Assembly (NCBI GenBank): GCA_944392795.1
Contig: CALXXX010000024.1
Coordinates: 215 to 64,214, forward strand
DNA length: 64,000 nt
Source: an uncultured Alphaproteobacteria bacterium
Lineage (GTDB): Bacteria; Pseudomonadota; Alphaproteobacteria; CAAHEQ01; UBA3637
Direction of reading: 5' to 3'
Shown: piece after piece, positions 45,368 through 57,274 of the stretch
How positions within the stretch are numbered: the stretch's first letter is position 1
How the letters are laid out: each line of letters starts with the position of its first letter
Position numbers and translations under genes: made by a program
The notes under the pieces: model-generated
The model's input: only the letters and a program-made list of their open reading frames with translations
Databases searched by the model: none
Told to the model about the DNA's origin: nothing

Positions 45368-46610
45368 CTTGATCAAAAATGGTTTTGTCACTGCTTTGGA
45401 TATCGGTTCAACAAAAATTTGCTGTTTAATTGCAAAGGTTCTTTCCGATGGTTCTTTTCATATTATCGGGAGTGGCTATGCGCAAGCAAAAGGTATAAAA
45501 AACGGTGTTATTGTTCACTTAAATGATGCAACCGCTTCTATTCAAGATGCCATCATGATGGCAGAAGAGAAAGCTGAACGTCGTGTTGAATCTGTTATTG
45601 TGAACATCTCATCAACACAATTAAAATCAACTTTTGCCAAAGCAGAAATAGAAATTGCAGATAATAAACCTGTCTCCTCCAACGATGTTCGTAAGTTAAT
45701 TGATTTAGCTTTACAAAAAGCTGAATTATCTGACCAAGAAATCATTCATCAACTTCCCCTTTCTTATGACTTAGACGGACAAAACGATATAATAGAACCA
45801 TCCGGACTTTACGGTAAAAAATTAAGTATTGTTTTACATGTTATTTCCATTCCTCTGACACAAATTAGGAATCTTTCTCTTGCTCTTGAACGATGCCACG
45901 TTTCCATTGATGCCAAAGTTGCAACACCTTATGCTTCTGCCCTTTCTGTTTTAAGCGAAGATGAAAAAGAAACTGGAGCGACTCTTATTGATATAGGGGG
46001 AGGAAATGCGTCAATTGCTATTTTCTCTGGCGGTTTTATTCGCTACGCAGCAGCTCTTCCTTTAGGTGGACTTTTATTAACTAAGGATATTGCACAAGTT
46101 TTAAAAACGCCTTTTTCTGATGCTGAACGTGTTAAAACGCTTTATGGAAGTGCTTTTTTATCGCCACAGGATGAAAAAGAAACTTTAAGTGTTCCCCTTA
46201 TTGGAGAAACAGAAGAAGGAACACTGACAACATTACCACGTTCTTATTTAATTTCCATTATGGTCCCTCGCATTGAGGAGATGTTGGAATTAACGAACGG
46301 CTATTTAAAAAGTCAAGAAACAGATGATTATGCTACACGCCGAATTGTCTTTTGCGGCGGAAGCAGTCTGATACCCGGGTTAAGAGAAAAAGCAAGTGCT
46401 ATGCTGGAGGCACAAGTTCGAATGGGTAAACCTCTCATGATGAAAGGATTGCCTGATTTTATGCCAAGCACGACCTTCTCGACAGCTACAGGTCTCTTGC
46501 GTTATGCGGCGAATCGGCGTATACATTCCGAAGATAAACGAATTAAACCTACAACTTCTTCAACTAGTTTTATAAAAAGGGCGACAAAATGGCTGATGCA
46601 GAATTTTTAA
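45357..46610 (+). CDS. ftsA: Cell division protein FtsA
   Basis: [32 protein letters not shown]. Confidence 0.95.
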   Translation: MMSNLIKNGFVTALDIGSTKICCLIAKVLSDGSFHIIGSGYAQAKGIKNGVIVHLNDATASIQDAIMMAEEKAERRVESVIVNISSTQLKSTFAKAEIEIADNKPVSSNDVRKLIDLALQKAELSDQEIIHQLPLSYDLDGQNDIIEPSGLYGKKLSIVLHVISIPLTQIRNLSLALERCHVSIDAKVATPYASALSVLSEDEKETGATLIDIGGGNASIAIFSGGFIRYAAALPLGGLLLTKDIAQVLKTPFSDAERVKTLYGSAFLSPQDEKETLSVPLIGETEEGTLTTLPRSYLISIMVPRIEEMLELTNGYLKSQETDDYATRRIVFCGGSSLIPGLREKASAMLEAQVRMGKPLMMKGLPDFMPSTTFSTATGLLRYAANRRIHSEDKRIKPTTSSTSFIKRATKWLMQNF

Positions 46611-48127
46611 AAACAGAATCAGATACAGACTTAAAAATTGGACTACCGGAGCAAGGTCCTGAAATTTTGCTAACCCCCAACATCGGCGTTATCGGCGTTG
46701 GTGGCGCCGGAGGGAATGCTGTTAATAATATGATTAATTCTCATTTAGCCGGTGCGTCATTTATTGTAGCGAACACAGATGCGCAGGTTATGTCTAAATC
46801 ATTAACACATGAGCGCATTCAATTAGGTTCGACATTAACTCAAGGATTAGGAGCAGGTTCTAATCCAGAAATCGGAAAAGCGGCTGCTGAAGAAAGTGCT
46901 GATAAAATTAAAGAAGCAATTCAAGGTCTCCATATGTTATTCATTGCCGCTGGCATGGGAGGCGGAACCGGAACCGGAGCTTCTCCTGTTATTGCGCGCA
47001 TTGCCAGAGAAATGGGTATTTTAACGGTTGGTGTTGTTACAAAACCTTTCCGTTTAGAAGGTTCTAAACGAATGCGCACAGCTGAAGCCGGTATTGAAGA
47101 GTTAGCTAAATATGTTGACACTCTGATTATCATTCCTAATCAAAATTTATTCCGCATTGCCAAAGAAAACACATCATTTGTTGATGCTTTCAAAATGGCG
47201 GACGATGTCCTATTTCAAGGCGTGAGAAGTATTACCGACTTAATGATGACACCGATGTTGGTTAATTTAGATTTTGCAGACTTAAAAACAGTTATCTGTG
47301 AAATGGGAAAAGCAATGATGGGATCTGGAGAAGCTGAAGGAGAAGGTCGAGCTTTGGCGGCTGCGGAAAAAGCGATTTCCAATCCACTCTTAGATGTCTC
47401 CATGAAAGGTGCAAAAGGTATTTTAATTAACATTTCCGGAGGCAAAGACTTAACCTTAATGGAAGTGGATGAGGCAGCCGAGCGAATCCGAGAAGAAGTG
47501 GATGAAGACGCTAATATTATTTTTGGTGCGAGCTGCGATGAAAATCTAGAAGGAAAAATTCGTGTTTCCGTTGTTGCAACAGGCCTATCTGGTGAGACAA
47601 AATCGAAAACACCTGAAACAGAAAAAATGCTCAAAGAAGCACAAGAAATTGTCCAAGTCACTCCTCCTGCTTCAGAAATCATCGTTCCAAATCCAGATGC
47701 ATTAAGCACAACCGTTACACAGGAAACAACTTTATTAGATAAAGAAGATAACGTTGTTGCTTCTTTTGCATCAGAGACGACCATTACAAAGCATGATGAA
47801 GGGCAAACTATTGATAATATTTCTTTGGAAGAAACTTTTATTCCAGAACCGGCAGTTATGTCAAAACCTGATGTGGAAGACTTAGAAGAAGAAGCTGAAG
47901 AAGAATTTATTCCTTCTTTAGATGATTTGAAAGATGAACCGATTGAAACACCTCCAAAACGCTCTTTTTTGGGAGATGGTTTTTTACCGGGTATTTTTGG
48001 AGATAGAAGCTTTACGAAAGACCAAAAGCGTAGCAAGCGCTTAAAAGAAGAGACTAATCGCAAATTACCAGAAATTAATGAAGAAGATTTAGAAATTCCT
48101 TCTTTCCTCCGGCGGAAAAATGACTGA
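46589..48127 (+). CDS. ftsZ: Cell division protein FtsZ (long acidic linker)
   Basis: [27 protein letters not shown]-terminal LEIPSFLRR. Confidence 0.98.
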   Translation: MADAEFLKTESDTDLKIGLPEQGPEILLTPNIGVIGVGGAGGNAVNNMINSHLAGASFIVANTDAQVMSKSLTHERIQLGSTLTQGLGAGSNPEIGKAAAEESADKIKEAIQGLHMLFIAAGMGGGTGTGASPVIARIAREMGILTVGVVTKPFRLEGSKRMRTAEAGIEELAKYVDTLIIIPNQNLFRIAKENTSFVDAFKMADDVLFQGVRSITDLMMTPMLVNLDFADLKTVICEMGKAMMGSGEAEGEGRALAAAEKAISNPLLDVSMKGAKGILINISGGKDLTLMEVDEAAERIREEVDEDANIIFGASCDENLEGKIRVSVVATGLSGETKSKTPETEKMLKEAQEIVQVTPPASEIIVPNPDALSTTVTQETTLLDKEDNVVASFASETTITKHDEGQTIDNISLEETFIPEPAVMSKPDVEDLEEEAEEEFIPSLDDLKDEPIETPPKRSFLGDGFLPGIFGDRSFTKDQKRSKRLKEETNRKLPEINEEDLEIPSFLRRKND

Positions 48128-49385
48128 TTTTCTTATTTCACGCAAATCCGCTCTTTCTATTCTAGAACAAACGGCCCGAAAAGGGAAAAGTCTCGAGGAT
48201 GTTTTCGAAAAAGAAACGCAAGGTCTTGATAGTCGAGATAAAGCTTTTATTCGTATGCTAACGTCGACAACTTTTCGCCGTTTGGGACAGATAGATGATT
48301 TATTATCAACTTTGCTCAAAAAACCACTTCCTGCTCGAGCTCAAAAAGCGCAAGATATTTTAAGGCTCGGCATCACACAACTCTTATTCATGGAAACGCC
48401 GGCACACGCTGCCGTATCCACTTCTGTGGAATTGGCTCGTCAAACGGGAGAAGATTTTTATGTTCCCCTTATCAATGCATTACTCAGAGAATTAACGCGC
48501 CGCGGAGACAGCCTTCTAAGAATGCAAGATGCCGCTTTACTCAATACACCTTCTTTTATCTGGGACAGTTGGGTAAAAGCTTATGGGCAAGACAAAGCTC
48601 GCGCCATGGCAGAAGCCAACATGACAGAACCGTCCGTTGATATTTCTGTCAAGGAAAATCCAGCCTATTGGGCAAAGCAATTAAATGGAGAATTATTACC
48701 AACCGGCTCTGTTCGTCTTGCTCCTAATAGTTACATTCCGGAACTTCCCGGTTTCCAAGAAGGAGCCTGGTGGGTTCAAGACGCAGCCGCCGCTTTAGCT
48801 GTCCGGTTAATGGGAGATGTTAAAGGGCTTAAAACAGCAGATTTATGTTCAGCTCCGGGGGGGAAAACAGCCGGTCTTCTTAATGCTGGAGCCATCGTTG
48901 ACGCTTATGATATTTCCGCAAAGCGCCTTCAACGAGTCGAGGAAAATCTCAGACGACTTCATTTATCCGCAAGTTTAATTGCAAAAAATGCTAATGAAAT
49001 AGAAGGCAAAGAAATTTACGATAAAATTTTAATCGATGCCCCTTGTTCTGCAACAGGCACATTACGGAGACATCCGGATATTATCGTTCATCGAACAGCT
49101 CAGGATATTGAACGCTTACAAAACGCGCAAGAAAACTTGTTAAAAACAGCGCATCGTCTGGTGAAAAAAAACGGAACTGTTGTCTATTGCACTTGCTCAT
49201 TACAAAAAGAAGAAGGGGAAGACATAATTGATAAGTGTGCTTTCTTATTTGATAGAGTTCCCATCACCGATTCGCTCTTGCATCCCCATTTAACAATCCA
49301 CGGAGACATCCGAACCTTTCCAATGGACGGAACAGATGGCTTTTTTATGGCTAAATTAAGAAAAAAAGGAGACAAATATGCCTAA
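48120..49385 (+). CDS. rsmB: RsmB/Sun-family rRNA m5C methyltransferase
   Basis: NusB-like N-terminus, [30 protein letters not shown]. Confidence 0.88.
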   Translation: MTDFLISRKSALSILEQTARKGKSLEDVFEKETQGLDSRDKAFIRMLTSTTFRRLGQIDDLLSTLLKKPLPARAQKAQDILRLGITQLLFMETPAHAAVSTSVELARQTGEDFYVPLINALLRELTRRGDSLLRMQDAALLNTPSFIWDSWVKAYGQDKARAMAEANMTEPSVDISVKENPAYWAKQLNGELLPTGSVRLAPNSYIPELPGFQEGAWWVQDAAAALAVRLMGDVKGLKTADLCSAPGGKTAGLLNAGAIVDAYDISAKRLQRVEENLRRLHLSASLIAKNANEIEGKEIYDKILIDAPCSATGTLRRHPDIIVHRTAQDIERLQNAQENLLKTAHRLVKKNGTVVYCTCSLQKEEGEDIIDKCAFLFDRVPITDSLLHPHLTIHGDIRTFPMDGTDGFFMAKLRKKGDKYA

Positions 49386-49959
49386 AACAATTGCTTTTTT
49401 ATTCTCAGGTAAGATCGAAAGTCCGACAAATTTAGCTCTTTTAACTGGAATGGATGCCTTAGATAAGTCTCAATATACCCCTATCGCATTTGTCGAAGAC
49501 ATGAATGGAAGCTTTACAAAAAAGCTACAAAAGCAAAAACTCAAGCTTGTTCCTTTTCAGCTAAAATGTCCGGTTGATCCAAAAGCTTCTCGCCTTAAAG
49601 GAGCTTGGCAAACATTCCGTAATTCTTTGATGGTTTTAATGTTGGTAAAACATTATCAAATTGATTTCGTTGTTTCGGCAGAAATGGGATTAATTTTAGC
49701 TTTCTCTCCCGGAGTTTACGCTGCTCATAAAAAAATCATTTGGATGCAAGAATCTTTATGGGAAGATTATCCCATCGCAGAACTCTGGTCAGGATATATG
49801 GGAGGTTTATTTGTCAGTTCAGAAAAAGTATTAAAATCGCTTCCCCCTTCTTTGCAGTATCATGCAAAAATTTTAGAACCTCCGTCCTTTGAAACAGCGC
49901 TCAAAAAGAAAGAAATTGCAAAAAATTATATAGAAACGCTTTTAAAAGATTGCAATTAA
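49378..49959 (+). CDS. Hypothetical protein resembling a lone GT-B N-terminal domain
   Basis: Rossmann-like pattern (IAFLFSG...IDFVVS...KIIWMQE...LFVSSE); ends at 193 aa with no donor-binding domain. Confidence 0.5.
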   Translation: MPKTIAFLFSGKIESPTNLALLTGMDALDKSQYTPIAFVEDMNGSFTKKLQKQKLKLVPFQLKCPVDPKASRLKGAWQTFRNSLMVLMLVKHYQIDFVVSAEMGLILAFSPGVYAAHKKIIWMQESLWEDYPIAELWSGYMGGLFVSSEKVLKSLPPSLQYHAKILEPPSFETALKKKEIAKNYIETLLKDCN

Positions 49960-50012
49960 AATTCTTTCGTTGTAAAACTAAAAATAGTTAGGCAATCACA
50001 AAGGAGAAATAA

Positions 50013-50531
50013 ATGAAAAAAACTTTTTTAGCGATATTGGCCGGTATGATTCTGTTTTCCAGTCCTGTTTTAGCACAAACGAATAAACGCTTGGAAATGC
50101 TTGGAACGTTTGGTTCTTGGACTGCATACAAAATGGATGAAAAAGACGGTAAGTTATGTTATATGGCTTCCGTTCCTCAAAAGTCAGAAGGAAAATACAA
50201 ACGCCGCGGAGATGTTGTGTTAATCGTAGCTCACCGTCCAAATGAAAAAACATGGGACGTTGTTAGTTTAACTGCCGGTTATACTTATAAAAAAGATTCT
50301 TCTGCGTCCATTAAGATTGATAACCAAAAAGCGATTAGTTTATTCACGCATGAAGATACGGCTTGGGCAAATTCTTCCAAAGCCGACTCACAATTGGTCC
50401 GTATGATGAAAGCGGGGAATAAAGCTGTTATTCAAGGAAAATCATCCCTGGGTACTTTAACAACTGACACGTTCTCTTTATCAGGCTTTACAAAAGCATA
50501 CAACGCCATCAGCAAAGCTTGCGGTAAATAA
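50013..50531 (+). CDS. Invasion-associated locus B (IalB)-family periplasmic protein
   Basis: Signal peptide, GTFGSW, CYMASVP, DTFSLSGFTKAYNAISKAC; upstream of rlmN. Confidence 0.85.
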   Translation: MKKTFLAILAGMILFSSPVLAQTNKRLEMLGTFGSWTAYKMDEKDGKLCYMASVPQKSEGKYKRRGDVVLIVAHRPNEKTWDVVSLTAGYTYKKDSSASIKIDNQKAISLFTHEDTAWANSSKADSQLVRMMKAGNKAVIQGKSSLGTLTTDTFSLSGFTKAYNAISKACGK

Positions 50532-50534
50532 TAA

Positions 50535-51599
50535 ATGAAAGATTTAGTGGGCTTGTCCCGCGAAGCGCTTCTGACCGAAGTCACAGCTTTAGGTGAGAAG
50601 CCTTTTCGCGTTAAGCAATTGTGGCAATGGATTTATAACAAAGGCGTAACTGATTTTACGCAGATGACAAATATTGCCAAACCTTTACAAAAACGATTAG
50701 CGGAAAATTATTTTATTTCAAGACCTCAAATCGTCACAGAAAAAAACTCAACGGATAAAACACGCAAATGGCTTTTCCGCTTCGCAGACGGAAAAGAAGT
50801 CGAAACCGTTTATATTCCAGAAGAAGATCGTGGAGCAGTTTGTCTATCCACCCAAGTGGGCTGTCAAATGGGATGCCGCTTCTGTCACACAGGGACACAA
50901 GGCTTTACGCGCAATTTAACTGCCGGCGAAATCGTCGGCCAATTTATGGCCGCGCGAGACAGTTATGGTGAATGGCCCTCCCCCACAGATGAAACGCGTT
51001 TTTTATCAAATGTTGTCGTCATGGGCATGGGTGAACCGCTTATGAATTACGATAATTTAGTAACGGCGATGCGAATCTTAATGGACGGAGAAGGAATTGC
51101 TTTATCTAAACGTCGAATAACCGTTTCAACCTCCGGTATTGCTGATAAAATTCCGAACTTAGCAACGGATTTGGGGGTAAAACTAGCTGTCAGCTTACAT
51201 GCTCCGACTGATGATATCCGAAATCAAATTATGCCTATTAACCGACGTTTTCCTTTAAAGGATTTAATGGAAGCTTGTAAAGAATACCAACAAAAATTAG
51301 AGCATCGTCAATATATTACAATGGAATACGTTATGTTGAAAGATGTTAACGACTCGATTGAGCAAGCTCATCAATTGATTGATTTGGTTAAGGGATTGGA
51401 AGTAAAATTTAATCTGATTCCTTTTAATCCCTGGGACGGTTGTCCTTACGAATCTTCTTCTAACAATGCCATCCGCCGCTTTCAAAAAGTTTTAGAAGAT
51501 GCTTGGTTCCCTGCGCCGATTCGCGTTTCCAGAGGCCAAGACATTATGGCCGCCTGTGGTCAACTTAAATCCGTTTTCCACAAAGAACAAAAGAAATAA
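50535..51599 (+). CDS. rlmN: 23S rRNA m2A2503 methyltransferase
   Basis: CLSTQVGCQMGCRFC, VMGMGEPL, SLHAP, DIMAACGQL. Confidence 0.97.
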   Translation: MKDLVGLSREALLTEVTALGEKPFRVKQLWQWIYNKGVTDFTQMTNIAKPLQKRLAENYFISRPQIVTEKNSTDKTRKWLFRFADGKEVETVYIPEEDRGAVCLSTQVGCQMGCRFCHTGTQGFTRNLTAGEIVGQFMAARDSYGEWPSPTDETRFLSNVVVMGMGEPLMNYDNLVTAMRILMDGEGIALSKRRITVSTSGIADKIPNLATDLGVKLAVSLHAPTDDIRNQIMPINRRFPLKDLMEACKEYQQKLEHRQYITMEYVMLKDVNDSIEQAHQLIDLVKGLEVKFNLIPFNPWDGCPYESSSNNAIRRFQKVLEDAWFPAPIRVSRGQDIMAACGQLKSVFHKEQKK

Positions 51600-51667
51600 G
51601 CTATTTTTACATGAAAAGGTATGCATTTTTTACCTTTTATTAAGAGATTATATCGTATTTTGACTCT

Positions 51668-51706
51668 CAAGAGAAGAAATTGCCCACGGGCAATTGAATT
51701 TTCTTG
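51668..51706. repeat. Inverted repeat upstream of the pilin pair (operator-like)
   Basis: AATTGCCC-AC-GGGCAATT (51678-51695) with outer arms CAAGAGAA/TTTTCTTG, abutting TTGTCT-N17-TAGTTT. Confidence 0.55.
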
Positions 51707-51779
51707 TCTTCCAAAATCAGCTATGCTAGTTTTGGAATTGGTTAATTAACCTATAACTTATAAGAAAAGGATTTTTAAA

Positions 51780-52184
51780 ATGAAAAATACTCAACAAGGT
51801 CGTTCTATGATTGAAATGCTCGGCGTTTTAGCCATTATCGGTGTTTTGTCCATCGGTGGCTTGGCTGGTTACACAATGGCGATGAACCGCCACAGAGCAA
51901 ACCAAATTTTGGACTATGTCTCTCGTGCTGTTGTTATTGCTCAAACAAAGGGCGATGGTGCACAATCCATCGATGATACTTGCCAAAACATTTTGGATGG
52001 TGAAGCAGTTCCTGTCTCTGGCATGACTTGCGAAGTAGATCGTACAGCTGGTATCGATCAAAATACAACAGTCACAGTTGGTGGTGTTAATGAACGTATT
52101 GCTGCTGCTTTAGCAAACCGCTCCGGCAACCAAGTAACAATTACATCCACTTCAAATGGTGCTAATTTCACATTCATGAATTAA
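51780..52184 (+). CDS. Type IV pilin-like protein, copy 1
   Basis: QQG|RSMIEMLGVLAIIGVLSIGGLAGY; 134 aa; one Cys pair. Confidence 0.88.
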   Translation: MKNTQQGRSMIEMLGVLAIIGVLSIGGLAGYTMAMNRHRANQILDYVSRAVVIAQTKGDGAQSIDDTCQNILDGEAVPVSGMTCEVDRTAGIDQNTTVTVGGVNERIAAALANRSGNQVTITSTSNGANFTFMN

Positions 52185-52206
52185 TTTTCTGAAAGGATTT
52201 TTAAAA

Positions 52207-52614
52207 ATGAAGAATACTCAACAAGGTCGTTCTATGATTGAAATGCTCGGCGTTTTAGCCATTATCGGTGTTTTGTCCATCGGTGGCTTAGCCGGTTACA
52301 CAATGGCCATGAACCGTCACAGAGCAAATCAAATCTTGGACTATGTCTCTCGTGCTGTTGTGATCGCTCAAACAAAGGGTGATGGAACACAGGAAATTTC
52401 GAATGAAAATTGCTCTACCATTTTAGATGGTGAAGATGTTCCAGTCTCCGGCATGGGATGTACAGTGAACAAAACAGCTGGCTATGCAAATATCACTGTT
52501 TCTGTAACAAATGTTAACAGCCGTATTGCAGCTGCTTTACAAAATCGTTCCGGTAACCAAGTAACGATTACATCTACTTCAAACAGTGCTGCTTTCACTT
52601 TTGCAAGTTCATAG
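52207..52614 (+). CDS. Type IV pilin-like protein, copy 2
   Basis: First 60 aa identical to copy 1; diverged C-terminal half; same AAAGGATTTTTAAA leader. Confidence 0.88.
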   Translation: MKNTQQGRSMIEMLGVLAIIGVLSIGGLAGYTMAMNRHRANQILDYVSRAVVIAQTKGDGTQEISNENCSTILDGEDVPVSGMGCTVNKTAGYANITVSVTNVNSRIAAALQNRSGNQVTITSTSNSAAFTFASS

Positions 52615-52630
52615 TTTGCAAAATGAGGAA

Positions 52631-52661
52631 AAAACGCTCCGAGGTATCGGAGCGTTTTTTT
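52631..52661 (+). terminator. Strong terminator after the pilin pair
   Basis: AAAACGCTCCGA-GGTA-TCGGAGCGTTTT plus T-run. Confidence 0.88.
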
Positions 52662-52683
52662 ATATCTTTTTATGAACGAAATA

Positions 52684-52712
52684 TTGACGCTTTTCTTCAT
52701 TTTTCCTATGAT
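52684..52712 (+). promoter_or_regulatory. Candidate sigma70 promoter of the GT41 gene
   Basis: TTGACG-N17-TATGAT. Confidence 0.65.
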
Positions 52713-52732
52713 AAAAAGAAAAAAGGAAAATA

Positions 52733-54298
52733 ATGAACACAGCTTTAGATCTTCTTAACAAAGGCGTTGAATACGCACAAAATAAAAATTACACTCAAGC
52801 GGAAAAATGTTTCCGTCAATCCCTAGAACTGGATCCGAATAATCCTGTTACTATTCGAAACCTTGGCAACGCTTGCGCAGCAGATGGCCGAATGACGGAA
52901 GGGCTTGTCTATCTGACACAATACTTGGATATGAGACCTGACGACTTAGAAACCATGGGACATGTCCTTTACTTAAAGTATAATTACTGCATTTGGAATG
53001 GATTAGAAAGAATGCAGGAACGCCTTAAAAAAGGATTACAAGAACATACTCTGCAATCCGAACCTAAACTTTTATTTTTGGGAATGACTTTCGAAGAACG
53101 CTATCACTATATGACGAAGCTAGCCGCAGAGAACAAAAAACTTTCTCTTTTGCGCAAAGAAAAACCTTTCTCATTACCAACTTATCAACACGACAAGTTA
53201 AAAGTCGGTTTTTTCACAACAGATATAGGACCTTCTCCTTGTGGTTTTGTCATTGCCAGTTTATGGGAAAACTTATCTCACGATGATTTTGAATGGCATT
53301 GTTTTTCTTGCCGAAAACTTTCCGATAAGCCTGAAGATGCTCCCTTAATAAAGCGGCACAAGGCGGCTTTTGATTTTTTCCATGACGTCTCGAATATAAA
53401 AGACTTCCGCATGATGGCTGATACCATAGCAAAAGAAGAAATTGATATTTTAATTGATGTCAATATGCTTATCAATTCAATGTATCCGGCTTTATATTAC
53501 AAGCCTGCACCGATTATCGTAAATTATTTAGGCTATCCTTCGACAACAGGCTTGCCTTGGTATGATTATATGATTGCAGATGCTTGGACCGTTCCTTCAG
53601 AAAAAGAACGTTGGTTTACAGAAAAAATTATTCGTATGCCTCATTGTTATCATTGTGTTGACACAAACCCTGAAACTTATCCAGGGCTTGCACCTAAATC
53701 GATTCTAGGACTTCCAGAAAAAGGAACTATTTTTGCCTGTTTAAATTCTCCGTTTAAAATTACACCTCACTATTGGGATATGTGGATGCGAATTTTAAAG
53801 GCTGTTCCTGACAGTATCCTTTGGTTACGTTCTTTTAATTTTGAAACTGATGAGAAATTTAAAGAAGAAGCTAAAAAACGCAATATTAATCCCAACAGAA
53901 TTATTGTCTTGCCGAAAATGCCAACTCATGCAGACTTTCTGTATTGCTTCAAAAATGCTGATTTATTTCTGGACACAGAAATGTACAACGCACATTCAAC
54001 TGCTTTAGAGAGTCTTTTCTGTGGTGTCCCCCTTATTACTTGTCCAGGAGACTCTTATGCCTCACGCGTTTCATCCAGTATGCTGCATGCCTTCGGATTA
54101 GATGAGATGATTTGCAAGACAGAAGAAGAATATGAAAAAAAAGCAATTGAACTTGGTCTTAATACAGAAAAGCTCAATTGTCTTAAAGCAAAAACCGTTG
54201 CGTTAATGACACAAAATAATCCACTGTTTGATATGAAATCTTATGCACGAGATTTTGAGAAGCTTTTACGACAAATTTCATCTAAAAAGAATTCTTAA
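52733..54298 (+). CDS. TPR-containing GT41 (OGT/SPINDLY-like) glycosyltransferase
   Basis: About two N-terminal TPRs; PAPIIVNYLGYPSTTG, FACLNSPFKIT, DLFLDT..YNAHST, PGDSYASRVSSSML. Confidence 0.9.
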   Translation: MNTALDLLNKGVEYAQNKNYTQAEKCFRQSLELDPNNPVTIRNLGNACAADGRMTEGLVYLTQYLDMRPDDLETMGHVLYLKYNYCIWNGLERMQERLKKGLQEHTLQSEPKLLFLGMTFEERYHYMTKLAAENKKLSLLRKEKPFSLPTYQHDKLKVGFFTTDIGPSPCGFVIASLWENLSHDDFEWHCFSCRKLSDKPEDAPLIKRHKAAFDFFHDVSNIKDFRMMADTIAKEEIDILIDVNMLINSMYPALYYKPAPIIVNYLGYPSTTGLPWYDYMIADAWTVPSEKERWFTEKIIRMPHCYHCVDTNPETYPGLAPKSILGLPEKGTIFACLNSPFKITPHYWDMWMRILKAVPDSILWLRSFNFETDEKFKEEAKKRNINPNRIIVLPKMPTHADFLYCFKNADLFLDTEMYNAHSTALESLFCGVPLITCPGDSYASRVSSSMLHAFGLDEMICKTEEEYEKKAIELGLNTEKLNCLKAKTVALMTQNNPLFDMKSYARDFEKLLRQISSKKNS

Positions 54299-54302
54299 AA
54301 GG

Positions 54303-57270
<2,968 letters not shown>

Positions 57271-57274
<4 letters not shown>

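Noticed and set aside
47215-48063. 282-aa antisense ORF inside ftsZ, plus many 60-150 aa overlapping ORFs in the track
   Set aside because: Shadows of well-supported genes: low-complexity translations, no SD or motifs.
51742-51757. CtrA-like site TTAA-N7-ATAAC before the pilins
   Set aside because: One mismatch in very AT-rich DNA; expected by chance.
51780-52614. Diversity-generating retroelement template/variable repeat pair
   Set aside because: Differences are not adenine-specific, both copies are full genes, and no reverse transcriptase is in the window.
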